IMG/VR virus record: IMGVR_UViG_3300030104_006994 | Source of the DNA: an uncultured virus (IMG/VR IMGVR_UViG_3300030104_006994) | Lineage: Duplodnaviria > Heunggongvirae > Uroviricota > Caudoviricetes | Length of the DNA: 64,000 nucleotides | Strand: one strand, 5' to 3' | The notes under the pieces: model-generated | Databases searched by the model: none | Seen by the model: the letters and a program-made list of their open reading frames with translations, nothing else | What the model was told of the DNA's origin: nothing | In this document: in pieces, positions 11,176 through 20,997 of the stretch | Position numbering within the stretch: position 1 is the first letter of the stretch | Layout of the letters: every line of letters begins with the position of its first letter | Made by a program: the position numbers and the translations under genes

Positions 11176-14100
11176 TTAAACTGTTGCTGTTTGTACCGGG
11201 GCTACTTGCCCATAAGTTGTTGGGTCCATCCTTTTTAACATTTCATCATGTCTTTCCATTTCAGATTTTAGTCTATGTAAGCTTTCTATGCCTCCGTCTA
11301 TTTGAGCAGTTGTTGGCGAGTCTCCACTATTTGTTTTTAGATTTCCTGTTCTATCAAAATTGAAAGTAGAGTTAATATTAATATTTTTAGCGGCTTCTTC
11401 TCCTCTTTCTTGTATGTTTTGAGTAGCTCTTTGCCTTCCTAATCCTTGCCCTGCTTGTCTCTGGTGCTTTTCTATTCTTTGTTCTGGAGTCAATGCGCTA
11501 CCTACAGACATCCCTAAGAAATTGTGCTCTGATTCTAACATCTTAGCTGGATCTAATCCATATTGGCCAAATGTTCCATTAGGATTAGTTAAACCAAACG
11601 TATTTCCTAATGTCGCAAGAAGGGCAACAGGGTTGGAATTCGTGCGCAATGCGGCTGAAGCTAAATCCACGCTTTGTCCGGATGTAGCAAGCTGAATTGA
11701 TGCATAATCATCCATTATATCATCTTGTCTAAATTGACTAGCCTGCCTAATATCTCGACTAGCAGATCTGAATTGTCTTTCCCTAGTCGCTTTATCTACT
11801 CCAGTAATATTCATCGCTCTATTTACAGCGACTGTATCTTCCCTAGATCTAGAAACAATATCCTTATTGTTTTTTAAAGTCTCGGTTAAACTTTCTATAG
11901 CTGAAGTATTTCTGTCAGTTGGGTTGTCCCCTTTGAATAAAGCCGCCGCCTGCTCCTGTGCTGCTTTTCTAATTTCGCCTTGAGACATATTTAAGCCTAA
12001 AGCTTGATTCATTTTGCTTATATCGCTAAACTTCACTTGCTCGGCTTGTTTTAAGCCTCTAGCTCTGGCTTCTTCAGGAAGAGACCCTCCCATTAATTCC
12101 TGAACTGCTGCTAGTTGGTTGATACTGCCTCTGTTAAAGCCTGTTAAGCTACCAGACGCCGCAGACATAGCCATAGCCTGTCCTCCGGCTCTTATCTGAG
12201 TAAACTGAGCGTTTAATTTACTAGGGTCAAGCAACGCTTGTGTACCGCCAAAGGATTTGAGTCTCTGCTGTTGCCTCGCGACTAACTTCTGAGCTCTTGT
12301 TTGCTCTTTTATTTCGTGCGTCTGTTGATCTAGCTCATCTTTTAATCTTTCGCTATTTCCGCTTAGATTTTCTAGTTCTATTTTAAGCGCGTTTAATTCT
12401 TTAAGCTGCTGTTTTTGGTTATCATCTGCGTTACTATTATTTTCTAAAGCAGCTATTTGCTCGTCTAAACTCGCAGTTAAACTTTCTACGCCTTTAACGC
12501 CTCCGACTCCTTTTCTTGAGGCCGTACTTAGCACAGATGTTATTCTGTCTGCCAAATCTGTTCCATCAAGACCTCCACCCTCTAAAGCTTTACCAAAAGC
12601 TGTTTGAGATTGAGAAACAATAGTGCCAAATTTTTGAGCAGTACTCGCTTGAATATCTCCTAACTTTGCCATTTCATCTAAGTTTATTTTACCCACTTCT
12701 GTCATGAAAGCTTTTGCCCCCTCCATAGTTATCTTCATAACAGCTTGTCTAACTCTTTGTTCTGACTCTAGTTGTTTTTTAAGGGCATCAACAGCTTTCA
12801 GTTGGGCTCTATTGGCCCTTAAAATACCCTCTCTAATAGGCTTAAGTTTTTTATTCGCTTCCGCGTCTTCTTTAGCTGCGACAGCGGCCTCAATAAGACT
12901 ATCCGCTGCTTTGTTTCCGGCTGCGCCCCCATGAATTATGAATTTTTCAAACGCTGCAAGGTCTGGCCCAGATAAACCTAAGTCTTTCGCTGCTTTAACT
13001 CTAGTTTCCACATCTCTTGTGGACGCCATAGTTTTGGCTATTTCCGCTACAGGAACATTTTCTAATGCGTTAGGGTTTTTTGATAGCAAAGAGGTTATCA
13101 TAGCTTCAGATTGATCTGCTATTCGCGCATTGTCTTGTCTTAACTCCTCTGCTCCTTTACCTGATAAATTACCTGTTGTAAAAAGATTGAGAGCATCCCC
13201 GCTTAAAGCGTCAAAGAATCCTTTGTCTCTTGTCTCTTCTAGTAGGTTAGCTGTGTCTGAACGTTTTTGAGCTTCGGCCGCTCTGTTTTGTTCCTTCTCT
13301 ACCATTGACTCTATCATAGAGTTAACTCTTTCTGGGTCTATAATGCCTCCCAACTTAGCTCTCATCTCAGCAGGTAGCTCTAGCATAGCCTTGTCCATAG
13401 CTTTTGTTGCCTGCTGGAGTTCGGCCATACTAGCATTCACATTATTAAAAACTTGAGAGGCTTGTTCTGCAGCGGTGCCGAATTTACTTAATTTTCCTAT
13501 ATTTTTTTCTGTTTCTTCTTTTACTCTTTTTAGAGCCTTTCCTGCTGCTTCAGCTTCCTGAAAAGTGTCGCTAAAAGTTGTACTTCCTAAGTCTCCCACA
13601 GCTTTTAAACCGGCAAGAGCGATACCAGCTCCCATGAGCCCCCCACTAGCTGCAAGCCTACCTACTCCTGCTCCCGCTCTAGCCATGCCTACCCCTGCTG
13701 CCCCTCTGGTTCTAGCAAAACGCTTACCTCCTTTTTTTAATTCCTCCGATCTTTGCCGCGCTCTATTTACTTTATCTTGCCCCACCACAAGAGCGTCACC
13801 ATACATTGGATTTGCAGCAGCCAAAGTAGCTTGTTTACTTCCAATTACAGGAGGCGCTATTGTTCCAGTTTTTCTTAAATCTGCTGCTTTACTAGCAAAA
13901 CCATCTGTGAACTGACTACTTGCAAACTTAAGACCTACTATAGTGGTAGCTAAGCCACCTAAAGCTTTTACAACATCAGCAGTTTTAGAGTTGTTTTCTC
14001 TTAATGCGTTTTCTAACCCTGTAGCAACTTGCTGGACCAACATTAATTGACCAATACTATTCATAGTTGCATTTTCGTTCCTATTAATAGCTGCTGTATT

Positions 14101-17100
14101 TGCTTTTAAACTCTTTGAGGTTTTTTTATCTTCTTTTATTGGGTCTATATCTATAGTTGGGGCCTTTGGTACGGCTTTTTCGACACGGTCCATTACAGGT
14201 TCTTTGTTTAACCTTTTTGCTCCACCTGCACCCATGCCCCCTTCTATTGCTTTTTGACCAGTCTTAAAAGCCCTTGTAAAAGTGTTTACTAGTGCTGTTT
14301 TTGTTTTATCATATAAAACTATTGGAAATTCTTTAGGTATATTACTTTTGTCTCCTGCCGGGTTAGCTACGAAGAAGTTAGGTATAAAACCACCGGATCT
14401 ACCTTGTTTTTTAGGATCAATTCCTGCTGCTATGCTATTATTAATGCCTTGGTTCAAGCCCATAGGTTCATCTCTTGTATTGTATATGCCAAATCCGGCT
14501 GGGTTATCGGCACCTTTTAACTTGTCACTTTGACCTATTCTAATTCTACCAGCAGGAACGCCAGCTTCTTTCTCTCTTCTAACAGATTCGTATATAGCAT
14601 TAAAGTTAGGTATATAGCCACCAGCTTTTCCGCCTTGTGCTTTTTTTGCTTTCGTTAGCTCGGTCATCCAAACAGAAGTGCTTTCAGTATTAAATATCTT
14701 ATTAACCATCGAAGATGCGGCTTTTTTATTTAAAGTCCTCTTCGCGTCAGCTTTTAACATACCGGGATCAAAGTCAAAATATTTCTTGAACAAGCTATCT
14801 GGTCTGCCACTTTCTTCGAAATCCCATACTTGTTGCTGGTCGGCTCCTAACGCAGCCTCAAAAGCTGGAGCGCTCACTTTACCTCCTCTTCCTTGAGCTG
14901 TTAAAGCGTTAACCGCTGTCTCGAATATATTACCTTCCGCACTAACAGAAAATAAGGGCTTACCTGAGCCGCTTATTTTTACAGACATAGCGTCTTCTCC
15001 TAAGCCCAATCTTTTGCGAGCCCAACTGTTAGTTAAACGTTCCATAGGTAAAGCAAACTTTTTCCTTAACTCTTTACTAAACCAAGCGTCTTGCTTATCA
15101 TCTGACAGCTCTTGCCCTACAGATCTAAATTGAACATTTCTAAAACCTACTCTACCCGGAGCTCCTGCTTGACCCGGAGTTATACCTTTAAATTTTGATA
15201 TTTTGCTAACAGGAGATTCAACGTAACCCCTATCAGAACTTGTGCCGTACAAACCAAGCAAACCAAATTTTTTCTTAGCATCATATATTCTAAGTGGGCC
15301 ACCTGTCGCTGCTTGCCTTTTCTTCAAGTCGATTGCATCTCCTTGCCCAGTAACTAATTCTCCTTTTTTCGAAACAATTTTTGATTTATCTAATATAGCC
15401 TTTCCTTCTTGTCGCGCTTTATTAAGGTCCTCCACTGACAAACCTAGGTCCGATCTTCCAGCCTGAAGTACGTTCGCAGACATTTTTCCGCTTGCTATAT
15501 CTGTTCTTATTTTCTTAAGCAGGTCATCTCCGGTACCTTTGAAGTTTTTAACAAAAGGACCTAACGATACGCCAGCAAAATTAGGTACGAATCCCCCACT
15601 TAAAGCAGACATGTACTCCTTGTAAGCGTCTGTATTCTTAGGGGGAACTACAAAAGTAGCTTTCTTACCCATAGAATTTCTAGTGTTTATTATATCCTCA
15701 TGTCCGTTAACAGTAGAAGTAAACGAACCCCCCATACCATCATGTATGTTTTGTTTTCTTACTTTAGGGTTTCTAATTTGAGAATTTGAATACCCTGAAG
15801 ACATCATCCCTGCGACCTCATCAGCAAAATTAGGCGCGTAGCCTGCAGCTTTACCAAATTTAGGTCTTCTGCTACCAGCATAGGCTCCGAACTCTGCGTC
15901 AAAACCAACCCCAGATCCAGATAAACCTTGAGCTAATCTTTGTGACATTCTGAGCTGCTCTTCCAGAGCGTCGGTATTCTTGCTTATTTGACTAAATATT
16001 TCTTTATGTGCGTCTTCAACACTTATTGCTCCAGATTTTATTTTATTTAGTAGGTCCGGGTTCTCCTCAAGGACATTAAAAATTTGTTTCTGTAGGTTGA
16101 GTTGAGTTTGAAAATTCTTATTAAGTCCCGTTAGAGTCTTAAAGGCATCCGCTGCAAACTTACCTAACTGAGAAAATGTTTTAAATAGAGTAAAGCCTAT
16201 AATAAGCAACCCGGGACCAGATATAAATTGACCTATTCCTTCAAAAATACTTTTAGCTATAGCTCCACCTATTTTCCCCCCATCTGTCTGACCTAATTTT
16301 TCAAAACCCTCAACTACACCAAAAAGCCTTTCTAAACTTGGGGCAAAAGTTAACTGACCCAGTTCGGCTGCTCCTTCTTTAAAAGTATTGACTGTTCTTT
16401 GGAACTGAGCAGATAAAGTTTTATTCAATTCTTCATTTCTTCTTATAGCTTGATCACTTGATCCAAGAGATATATCTAAAGCTCTGCTGTATATACCAGT
16501 TTCTTTACTTAAGTCGCTCATTGCAGCTTTAAGTATATTAACTTGAAACACACCACCAACAAGTTCTGATATTTGAGACCTTTGAGAGGAACTTAAATTA
16601 TCAAATTGTCTTGCTAAGTTACTTAATACTTTAATAGCAGGTAGAACCTCTCCTTCTACATCTCTAACTGCTATACCTAAGTTCTCTAATTCTTGTATGA
16701 CTCTAGGCCTTTGTATTCTTGTAAAAATTGTTTTAAAACTGTTTCCTATTACAGCTCCACCTCTGGCTGTCTTTTGTTGTACAGTTGTGACAATAGCTAA
16801 GAGCTGATCTAAACTAACCCCGGCCCCTTGAGCTGATGAGCCCACACGACCAAGAGCTTTAGCTAAATCGTCAGAACTAACAGCAAAGGCAGCGTCAACG
16901 TTAGCTAGCTTGTTGATTATAGTCGTGCTATCTAATCCAGCCTTGTTAAAAGTGTTTATAGCCGCAGTCAAGGAGTTCACAGCTTCAGCTGCACCCATAC
17001 CAGATAACCTAGCTAATATAAGGGCATCTTTTGTTCTCTTTAGAGTCTCTGCTGTACCTAGACCTTGCCTTGCTAGCTCTGCTGCTGCTTCAGCTGCTAC

Positions 17101-17415
17101 TTGAAAGCTTTGTCCTGTTTGGGATGCTATTTGAAACAAGTCTGAGCCGAACTTTTTTAAGTTGGAGGAGGTAGCTTGGAGTATAACATTTATATCTTGG
17201 AGGCTTTTCTCTACTTCTATGGCAGCTTTTACTGTGGCTGTAAGCGCTTTCCTTACTGCTAGAATTGCTCCAGCAGAAGCTCCGAATGCTAAAACACGCG
17301 CATTAGATGCGTCGAGAGACTTCTCAAACTCACCTAATTGACCATTTATTCTACCAAGGGGACGAAAACCCTTGGCGTTTAACACTAGATCGATATTAAT
17401 TTTACTGCTAGCCAT
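11176..17415 (-). CDS. Tail tape measure protein with inserted cargo segments
   Basis: 2079 aa, Ala/Leu/Lys-rich and helical. The N-terminal region is a TP901-type tape-measure core (AAAELARQGLG...KLANVDAAFAVSSDDLAKAL...GGAVIGNSFKTIFTRI). Follows the tail tube and chaperone genes. Confidence 0.9.
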   Translation of the reverse strand: MASSKINIDLVLNAKGFRPLGRINGQLGEFEKSLDASNARVLAFGASAGAILAVRKALTATVKAAIEVEKSLQDINVILQATSSNLKKFGSDLFQIASQTGQSFQVAAEAAAELARQGLGTAETLKRTKDALILARLSGMGAAEAVNSLTAAINTFNKAGLDSTTIINKLANVDAAFAVSSDDLAKALGRVGSSAQGAGVSLDQLLAIVTTVQQKTARGGAVIGNSFKTIFTRIQRPRVIQELENLGIAVRDVEGEVLPAIKVLSNLARQFDNLSSSQRSQISELVGGVFQVNILKAAMSDLSKETGIYSRALDISLGSSDQAIRRNEELNKTLSAQFQRTVNTFKEGAAELGQLTFAPSLERLFGVVEGFEKLGQTDGGKIGGAIAKSIFEGIGQFISGPGLLIIGFTLFKTFSQLGKFAADAFKTLTGLNKNFQTQLNLQKQIFNVLEENPDLLNKIKSGAISVEDAHKEIFSQISKNTDALEEQLRMSQRLAQGLSGSGVGFDAEFGAYAGSRRPKFGKAAGYAPNFADEVAGMMSSGYSNSQIRNPKVRKQNIHDGMGGSFTSTVNGHEDIINTRNSMGKKATFVVPPKNTDAYKEYMSALSGGFVPNFAGVSLGPFVKNFKGTGDDLLKKIRTDIASGKMSANVLQAGRSDLGLSVEDLNKARQEGKAILDKSKIVSKKGELVTGQGDAIDLKKRQAATGGPLRIYDAKKKFGLLGLYGTSSDRGYVESPVSKISKFKGITPGQAGAPGRVGFRNVQFRSVGQELSDDKQDAWFSKELRKKFALPMERLTNSWARKRLGLGEDAMSVKISGSGKPLFSVSAEGNIFETAVNALTAQGRGGKVSAPAFEAALGADQQQVWDFEESGRPDSLFKKYFDFDPGMLKADAKRTLNKKAASSMVNKIFNTESTSVWMTELTKAKKAQGGKAGGYIPNFNAIYESVRREKEAGVPAGRIRIGQSDKLKGADNPAGFGIYNTRDEPMGLNQGINNSIAAGIDPKKQGRSGGFIPNFFVANPAGDKSNIPKEFPIVLYDKTKTALVNTFTRAFKTGQKAIEGGMGAGGAKRLNKEPVMDRVEKAVPKAPTIDIDPIKEDKKTSKSLKANTAAINRNENATMNSIGQLMLVQQVATGLENALRENNSKTADVVKALGGLATTIVGLKFASSQFTDGFASKAADLRKTGTIAPPVIGSKQATLAAANPMYGDALVVGQDKVNRARQRSEELKKGGKRFARTRGAAGVGMARAGAGVGRLAASGGLMGAGIALAGLKAVGDLGSTTFSDTFQEAEAAGKALKRVKEETEKNIGKLSKFGTAAEQASQVFNNVNASMAELQQATKAMDKAMLELPAEMRAKLGGIIDPERVNSMIESMVEKEQNRAAEAQKRSDTANLLEETRDKGFFDALSGDALNLFTTGNLSGKGAEELRQDNARIADQSEAMITSLLSKNPNALENVPVAEIAKTMASTRDVETRVKAAKDLGLSGPDLAAFEKFIIHGGAAGNKAADSLIEAAVAAKEDAEANKKLKPIREGILRANRAQLKAVDALKKQLESEQRVRQAVMKITMEGAKAFMTEVGKINLDEMAKLGDIQASTAQKFGTIVSQSQTAFGKALEGGGLDGTDLADRITSVLSTASRKGVGGVKGVESLTASLDEQIAALENNSNADDNQKQQLKELNALKIELENLSGNSERLKDELDQQTHEIKEQTRAQKLVARQQQRLKSFGGTQALLDPSKLNAQFTQIRAGGQAMAMSAASGSLTGFNRGSINQLAAVQELMGGSLPEEARARGLKQAEQVKFSDISKMNQALGLNMSQGEIRKAAQEQAAALFKGDNPTDRNTSAIESLTETLKNNKDIVSRSREDTVAVNRAMNITGVDKATRERQFRSASRDIRQASQFRQDDIMDDYASIQLATSGQSVDLASAALRTNSNPVALLATLGNTFGLTNPNGTFGQYGLDPAKMLESEHNFLGMSVGSALTPEQRIEKHQRQAGQGLGRQRATQNIQERGEEAAKNININSTFNFDRTGNLKTNSGDSPTTAQIDGGIESLHRLKSEMERHDEMLKRMDPTTYGQVAPVQTATV

Positions 17416-17441
17416 AGTACCTTAAACCGTAATTTTTATTA

Positions 17442-17449
17442 ATTACACT
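17442..17449 (-). promoter_or_regulatory. AGTGTAAT putative late promoter
   Basis: Exact intergenic motif 26 nt before the tape measure ATG. Confidence 0.65.
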
Positions 17450-17460
17450 AAAATAGCTTA

Positions 17461-18471
17461 CTATAACCCATGCAGATCCATTAATTCATCAAAACTTATC
17501 TTGTCTTTTTCTTGGGCTAATTTATTCAAATCAACTACTTCATTGTCTTCGTTCTCTAGGGACTTAAGCTCACTCTTGCTTGCTCCAACTATAGATGTTC
17601 CTCCTGCGTCTCCTTGCTGAGACAAACCATCTTTTACTTGCTTTGTCTTGTCTTGTAGCTCGTACCATTCGGATAGTTTTTTAGGATTGTCGTAATATTC
17701 ATCCGGAGCTGGTTTCGAACTAGTTATTAAAGACCTTATATACTTAGCTGAATTAAGCAAAGAGGTCTGAAAATTAGTTAATTCTACTATAGGCTTAGCA
17801 AAAAAAGCATATGCATTATCACCACATAAAGAAAAAACATTCATAAAAAAAGGACAAACAGCTATTAATTTCATTTGTTCGTCCCTGAAATTTGCATGTA
17901 TATCAGCAAACTTATTCATTAATTCAGTTAATTCTTCTGTTTCTATTATATCAAACTCTTCATCTGTATATAGTAATTCTTTTAATTCTCTATCTTTGTA
18001 AAAAGCTTTCTGAACCATAAATTCATTAACTTTTTTAGAAGCGAAGCCCTCTGCTGTTAGACCCATGCTTTCTGTTCTCTCGTGGGATAAAATAAACACC
18101 TTTTCTTTAATAGGCTTTATTTCTCTTTCTAATGAAGCTAATTGAGACTTAATTATTAATTTTCTTTTAGTGCTTTCTAAGGTCTTGAGATTTTCCCTAG
18201 ATTCTTTAAGGTCTTTTTCTTTTTCTTCGCTCCAGAGGTCCTGCTCTATCATGAATTTAAGACCTTCTTTTTCTGTTTTAAGCCCTCTTTCTTGAGCTAT
18301 AAACAGATAATCATCATACTCCCTGTCTGTTATTCCCGCGTCTAATTCATCAAGATGTTTAAGAAAGACCTTTTGTTTGAACTCACCTACTCTAGCTTCG
18401 GAGTAACCAAATATTATATCTCTGTATAGTTTTTTGCACTCGGAATAAGAATTTTTAATCTCATCCTTCAT
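17461..18471 (-). CDS. Putative tail assembly chaperone
   Basis: 336 aa, charged and helical, immediately upstream of the tape measure. Overlaps the preceding gene by 11 nt. Confidence 0.55.
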   Translation of the reverse strand: MKDEIKNSYSECKKLYRDIIFGYSEARVGEFKQKVFLKHLDELDAGITDREYDDYLFIAQERGLKTEKEGLKFMIEQDLWSEEKEKDLKESRENLKTLESTKRKLIIKSQLASLEREIKPIKEKVFILSHERTESMGLTAEGFASKKVNEFMVQKAFYKDRELKELLYTDEEFDIIETEELTELMNKFADIHANFRDEQMKLIAVCPFFMNVFSLCGDNAYAFFAKPIVELTNFQTSLLNSAKYIRSLITSSKPAPDEYYDNPKKLSEWYELQDKTKQVKDGLSQQGDAGGTSIVGASKSELKSLENEDNEVVDLNKLAQEKDKISFDELMDLHGL

Positions 18472-19435
18472 CTACCTTCGGCTCTTCATCTGGAGCTGGC
18501 TCTTCTTTAAGTTCCTCTTTAGGCTCCTCTTTAGATTCTGGAATTTCTATATCTAAACCAGCTAACTCTTTTATTTTCTCGTCGTAAACTTCCTGCAGAG
18601 ACTCATCTTTTCTTACTTCTTCTTTAATAAAGTCTAAAGACTCATCGACTCTTTTGAAATCTTCGTAAGTTTTTGCGTTCCCTCCATTCCAAGCAGCTAA
18701 TATATAGCTAGCTCTTTCTATTAAGTTAGCGCCGAATTCGTTATCTGTCTCAGCAATCATTTCTTCTATTTCTTCGTAGAATTTAGCTTTGTCGTCAAAA
18801 GATTTGCCTTCGAAGAAGGGTAAAAATTCATCTATGCCCTTTTGTTCGTTTTTAGTCCTTATAAAAGTAAGAAAGAACAGCCACCACATATTCGTTCTCC
18901 TAGCTGCTCTAGCTTCAGCTGTGTGCTCATACAAACTCTCAGCAACTACTTCGTACTTTTCGAGCTGGGCTTTAAGCTCCTCTGTCTCTTCTACTATTTT
19001 ACTTAGTTTTTCCTGCCTTTCTTCCAGAGTCATCGTGTCGTCTTCTTGAAGATTAAGCTGCACAACTTGGAACTCTCTTTCTTTGAGCATTAATTCATTA
19101 TACTTCCTTCCAAAATCTTCTTGTTCTTCTTTGCTAAGTCCGCCTCCGTCATTTTTGTATCTTTTGGCTATCATAGCGCGAGTCAACATGCCCTGCTTGA
19201 CTCCTTTTGAGATCTCTACAGAATAAAATAGATTGCACTCGTCATACATTTTTCTAGTAGGTCTTTTGAGATATACATGAACATTCTCTATGACGTCCTT
19301 CTTTTTTTTGATAATGACTTCTTGTCCATCTTCTTCTCTTTTTTCTTCTACTTCTACTTGAGTCTTCCTTTTTAGCGGAAAGGAGTATAACCATTTCTTT
19401 GTATTGATTGGGGGTTTTTCTTTATCTTCGGCCAT
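18461..19435 (-). CDS. Putative tail assembly chaperone
   Basis: 324 aa E/K-rich coiled-coil protein between the tail tube and tape measure genes. Confidence 0.55.
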   Translation of the reverse strand: MAEDKEKPPINTKKWLYSFPLKRKTQVEVEEKREEDGQEVIIKKKKDVIENVHVYLKRPTRKMYDECNLFYSVEISKGVKQGMLTRAMIAKRYKNDGGGLSKEEQEDFGRKYNELMLKEREFQVVQLNLQEDDTMTLEERQEKLSKIVEETEELKAQLEKYEVVAESLYEHTAEARAARRTNMWWLFFLTFIRTKNEQKGIDEFLPFFEGKSFDDKAKFYEEIEEMIAETDNEFGANLIERASYILAAWNGGNAKTYEDFKRVDESLDFIKEEVRKDESLQEVYDEKIKELAGLDIEIPESKEEPKEELKEEPAPDEEPKVDEG

Positions 19436-19436
19436 G

Positions 19437-19736
19437 TTATTTTTTCTTTAAAGTTACAGTGACAAATTCTAAAGCTTTGTCTATTTCTCTAGCAGCGTCA
19501 TTGCCAGCATCTAGAATTTTTTTTCTTGTTTGGGTGAAACGATCTTCTGTGAAGTAATCTAAATCATCAATTACATTAATGTCATCAAGAGAGCTTTTTT
19601 TAATTCTGTCTTTGTAGACTTGATGCTCTCTTAGTAGATCCTCGGTGATTTCGAAGTATTTTTTATATAGATTGACTATATTCCTGTGGACTTGGAAAGA
19701 TATGATATCTTTAAGTTCTGTTTTTTCCTCACTCAT
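19437..19736 (-). CDS. Hypothetical protein
   Basis: 99 aa ORF with a GAGG/AAGG SD-like sequence upstream, packed 1 nt from the next gene. Confidence 0.7.
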   Translation of the reverse strand: MSEEKTELKDIISFQVHRNIVNLYKKYFEITEDLLREHQVYKDRIKKSSLDDINVIDDLDYFTEDRFTQTRKKILDAGNDAAREIDKALEFVTVTLKKK

Positions 19737-19781
19737 AAACCTTTTACCTCAAGGAGTTATAAAAATTTTTTTAAAAAAACC

Positions 19782-19811
19782 AAAAAAAATCCCCACTCAA
19801 AGAGCGGGGAT
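19782..19811 (-). terminator. Rho-independent terminator after the tail tube gene
   Basis: Minus strand reads ATCCCCGCTC-TTT-GAGTGGGGAT followed by a T-run. Confidence 0.85.
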
Positions 19812-19848
19812 CTAAAAGAAAAAGACGATTTGTTTCGGCGATTAAAAC

Positions 19849-20922
19849 TTAAATGGATGCCAAAAAGAAACCAGCAGAAGAGCTAGCGCTAGAGTAACCA
19901 TACAAGCCAGAATCAACCTGAACAGCATAATCAAGAGTGATTGATTTGTTCGCTCCTATGCTAGAAGAAATTGAGTGGCCTTCTACTTTAGCATTCTTAA
20001 ATCTCAAGTTAATTCCGTTAACACCTTGACTAGCTTTGTTGCAGTGAATATCTATATCAAATCCGGGATCTGGGGCTTGAGTATTATCATCTCCAACTAT
20101 GTCAGACAATTTACTTGCAGCCTGATCAGAAACGATAGCCTCGATAGACATTGTGGCTTGAATTGGGAACGTAATCACACGGGCAAATTCGTATCTATCT
20201 CCCATTCTCTGAATTGACTCACGGGGAATGTCTATAGAAACAGTAAAGCTTTGAACGTGTATTCCCTCGAAACCCATCACAGGCAAATCATCATCCGAAT
20301 CTGAAAGTCCAGCAGTTGTAGTTGGAGCAGATCTGAAAGTTACGTTACCGGGTCTTAAAACAACTGGGTTATTAGAAGTCTCAGGTGCGACAACTGTTCC
20401 AACATCTGCTACTTCCATTTCAGTAGATTCAAGGTTAACGGTGGAGCTAGGCACATCTCCAACTGCACCAGTCCAAGAATAAGATGTTATGAAGCCGTTA
20501 GGAACAATAATACCTTTGTTAGAATGAGCTGAGCTATTGTTGTAGTCAATACCTTCGTTAGCTAAACCTACTTTAAAATTTTGAACATATTTACTGCTGT
20601 CGGTGTTATTAAGATCCTTTAGGAATCCAAAACTAGATCCATTTGCTCCGTTACCCAAAAGGGCTGTTTCGTTTGTTGTTCCAGCTAAATGGTAAGTGAA
20701 GTCCATCGATACAGTAGGAACCTCGGTAATAACCCTTTCTATCTGTCCTAATTGACCATATTGGTTAACGTCAGTTCTTGGTACCGTGAAACTATAGTTT
20801 ACGCTCTGAACTCTTTGAATATTGGTACTGCCAGCGAAAAGAGCTTCACTCTGGTAAATGACCCTCTTTCTAAAGCCAGCCGTATTCTTATCTTTTTTTG
20901 TATCTGCTACTAAAATTGCCAT
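19849..20922 (-). CDS. Major tail (tube) protein
   Basis: 357 aa. Contains IQRVQSVNYSFTVPRTDVNQYGQLG and a repeated second half (HVQSFTVSIDIPRESIQRMG). Strong TAAGGAG RBS, own terminator, and canonical position before the chaperones and tape measure. Confidence 0.75.
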   Translation of the reverse strand: MAILVADTKKDKNTAGFRKRVIYQSEALFAGSTNIQRVQSVNYSFTVPRTDVNQYGQLGQIERVITEVPTVSMDFTYHLAGTTNETALLGNGANGSSFGFLKDLNNTDSSKYVQNFKVGLANEGIDYNNSSAHSNKGIIVPNGFITSYSWTGAVGDVPSSTVNLESTEMEVADVGTVVAPETSNNPVVLRPGNVTFRSAPTTTAGLSDSDDDLPVMGFEGIHVQSFTVSIDIPRESIQRMGDRYEFARVITFPIQATMSIEAIVSDQAASKLSDIVGDDNTQAPDPGFDIDIHCNKASQGVNGINLRFKNAKVEGHSISSSIGANKSITLDYAVQVDSGLYGYSSASSSAGFFLASI

Positions 20923-20952
20923 AATGTAAAAATCTCCTTATTCTTTAGTCTA

Positions 20953-20960
20953 ATTACATC
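20953..20960 (-). promoter_or_regulatory. GATGTAAT variant of putative late promoter
   Basis: Variant motif 30 nt before the tail tube ATG. Confidence 0.5.
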
Positions 20961-20997
20961 TCTAAACGTTTATAGAGAAATATTTTCTGGGTCGCAT

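Noticed and set aside
17461..19736. Programmed -1 frameshift in the tail assembly chaperone genes (lambda G/GT type)
   Set aside because: Each downstream ORF is in the +1 frame and has its own ATG. I found no canonical XXXYYYZ slippery site that would fuse them.
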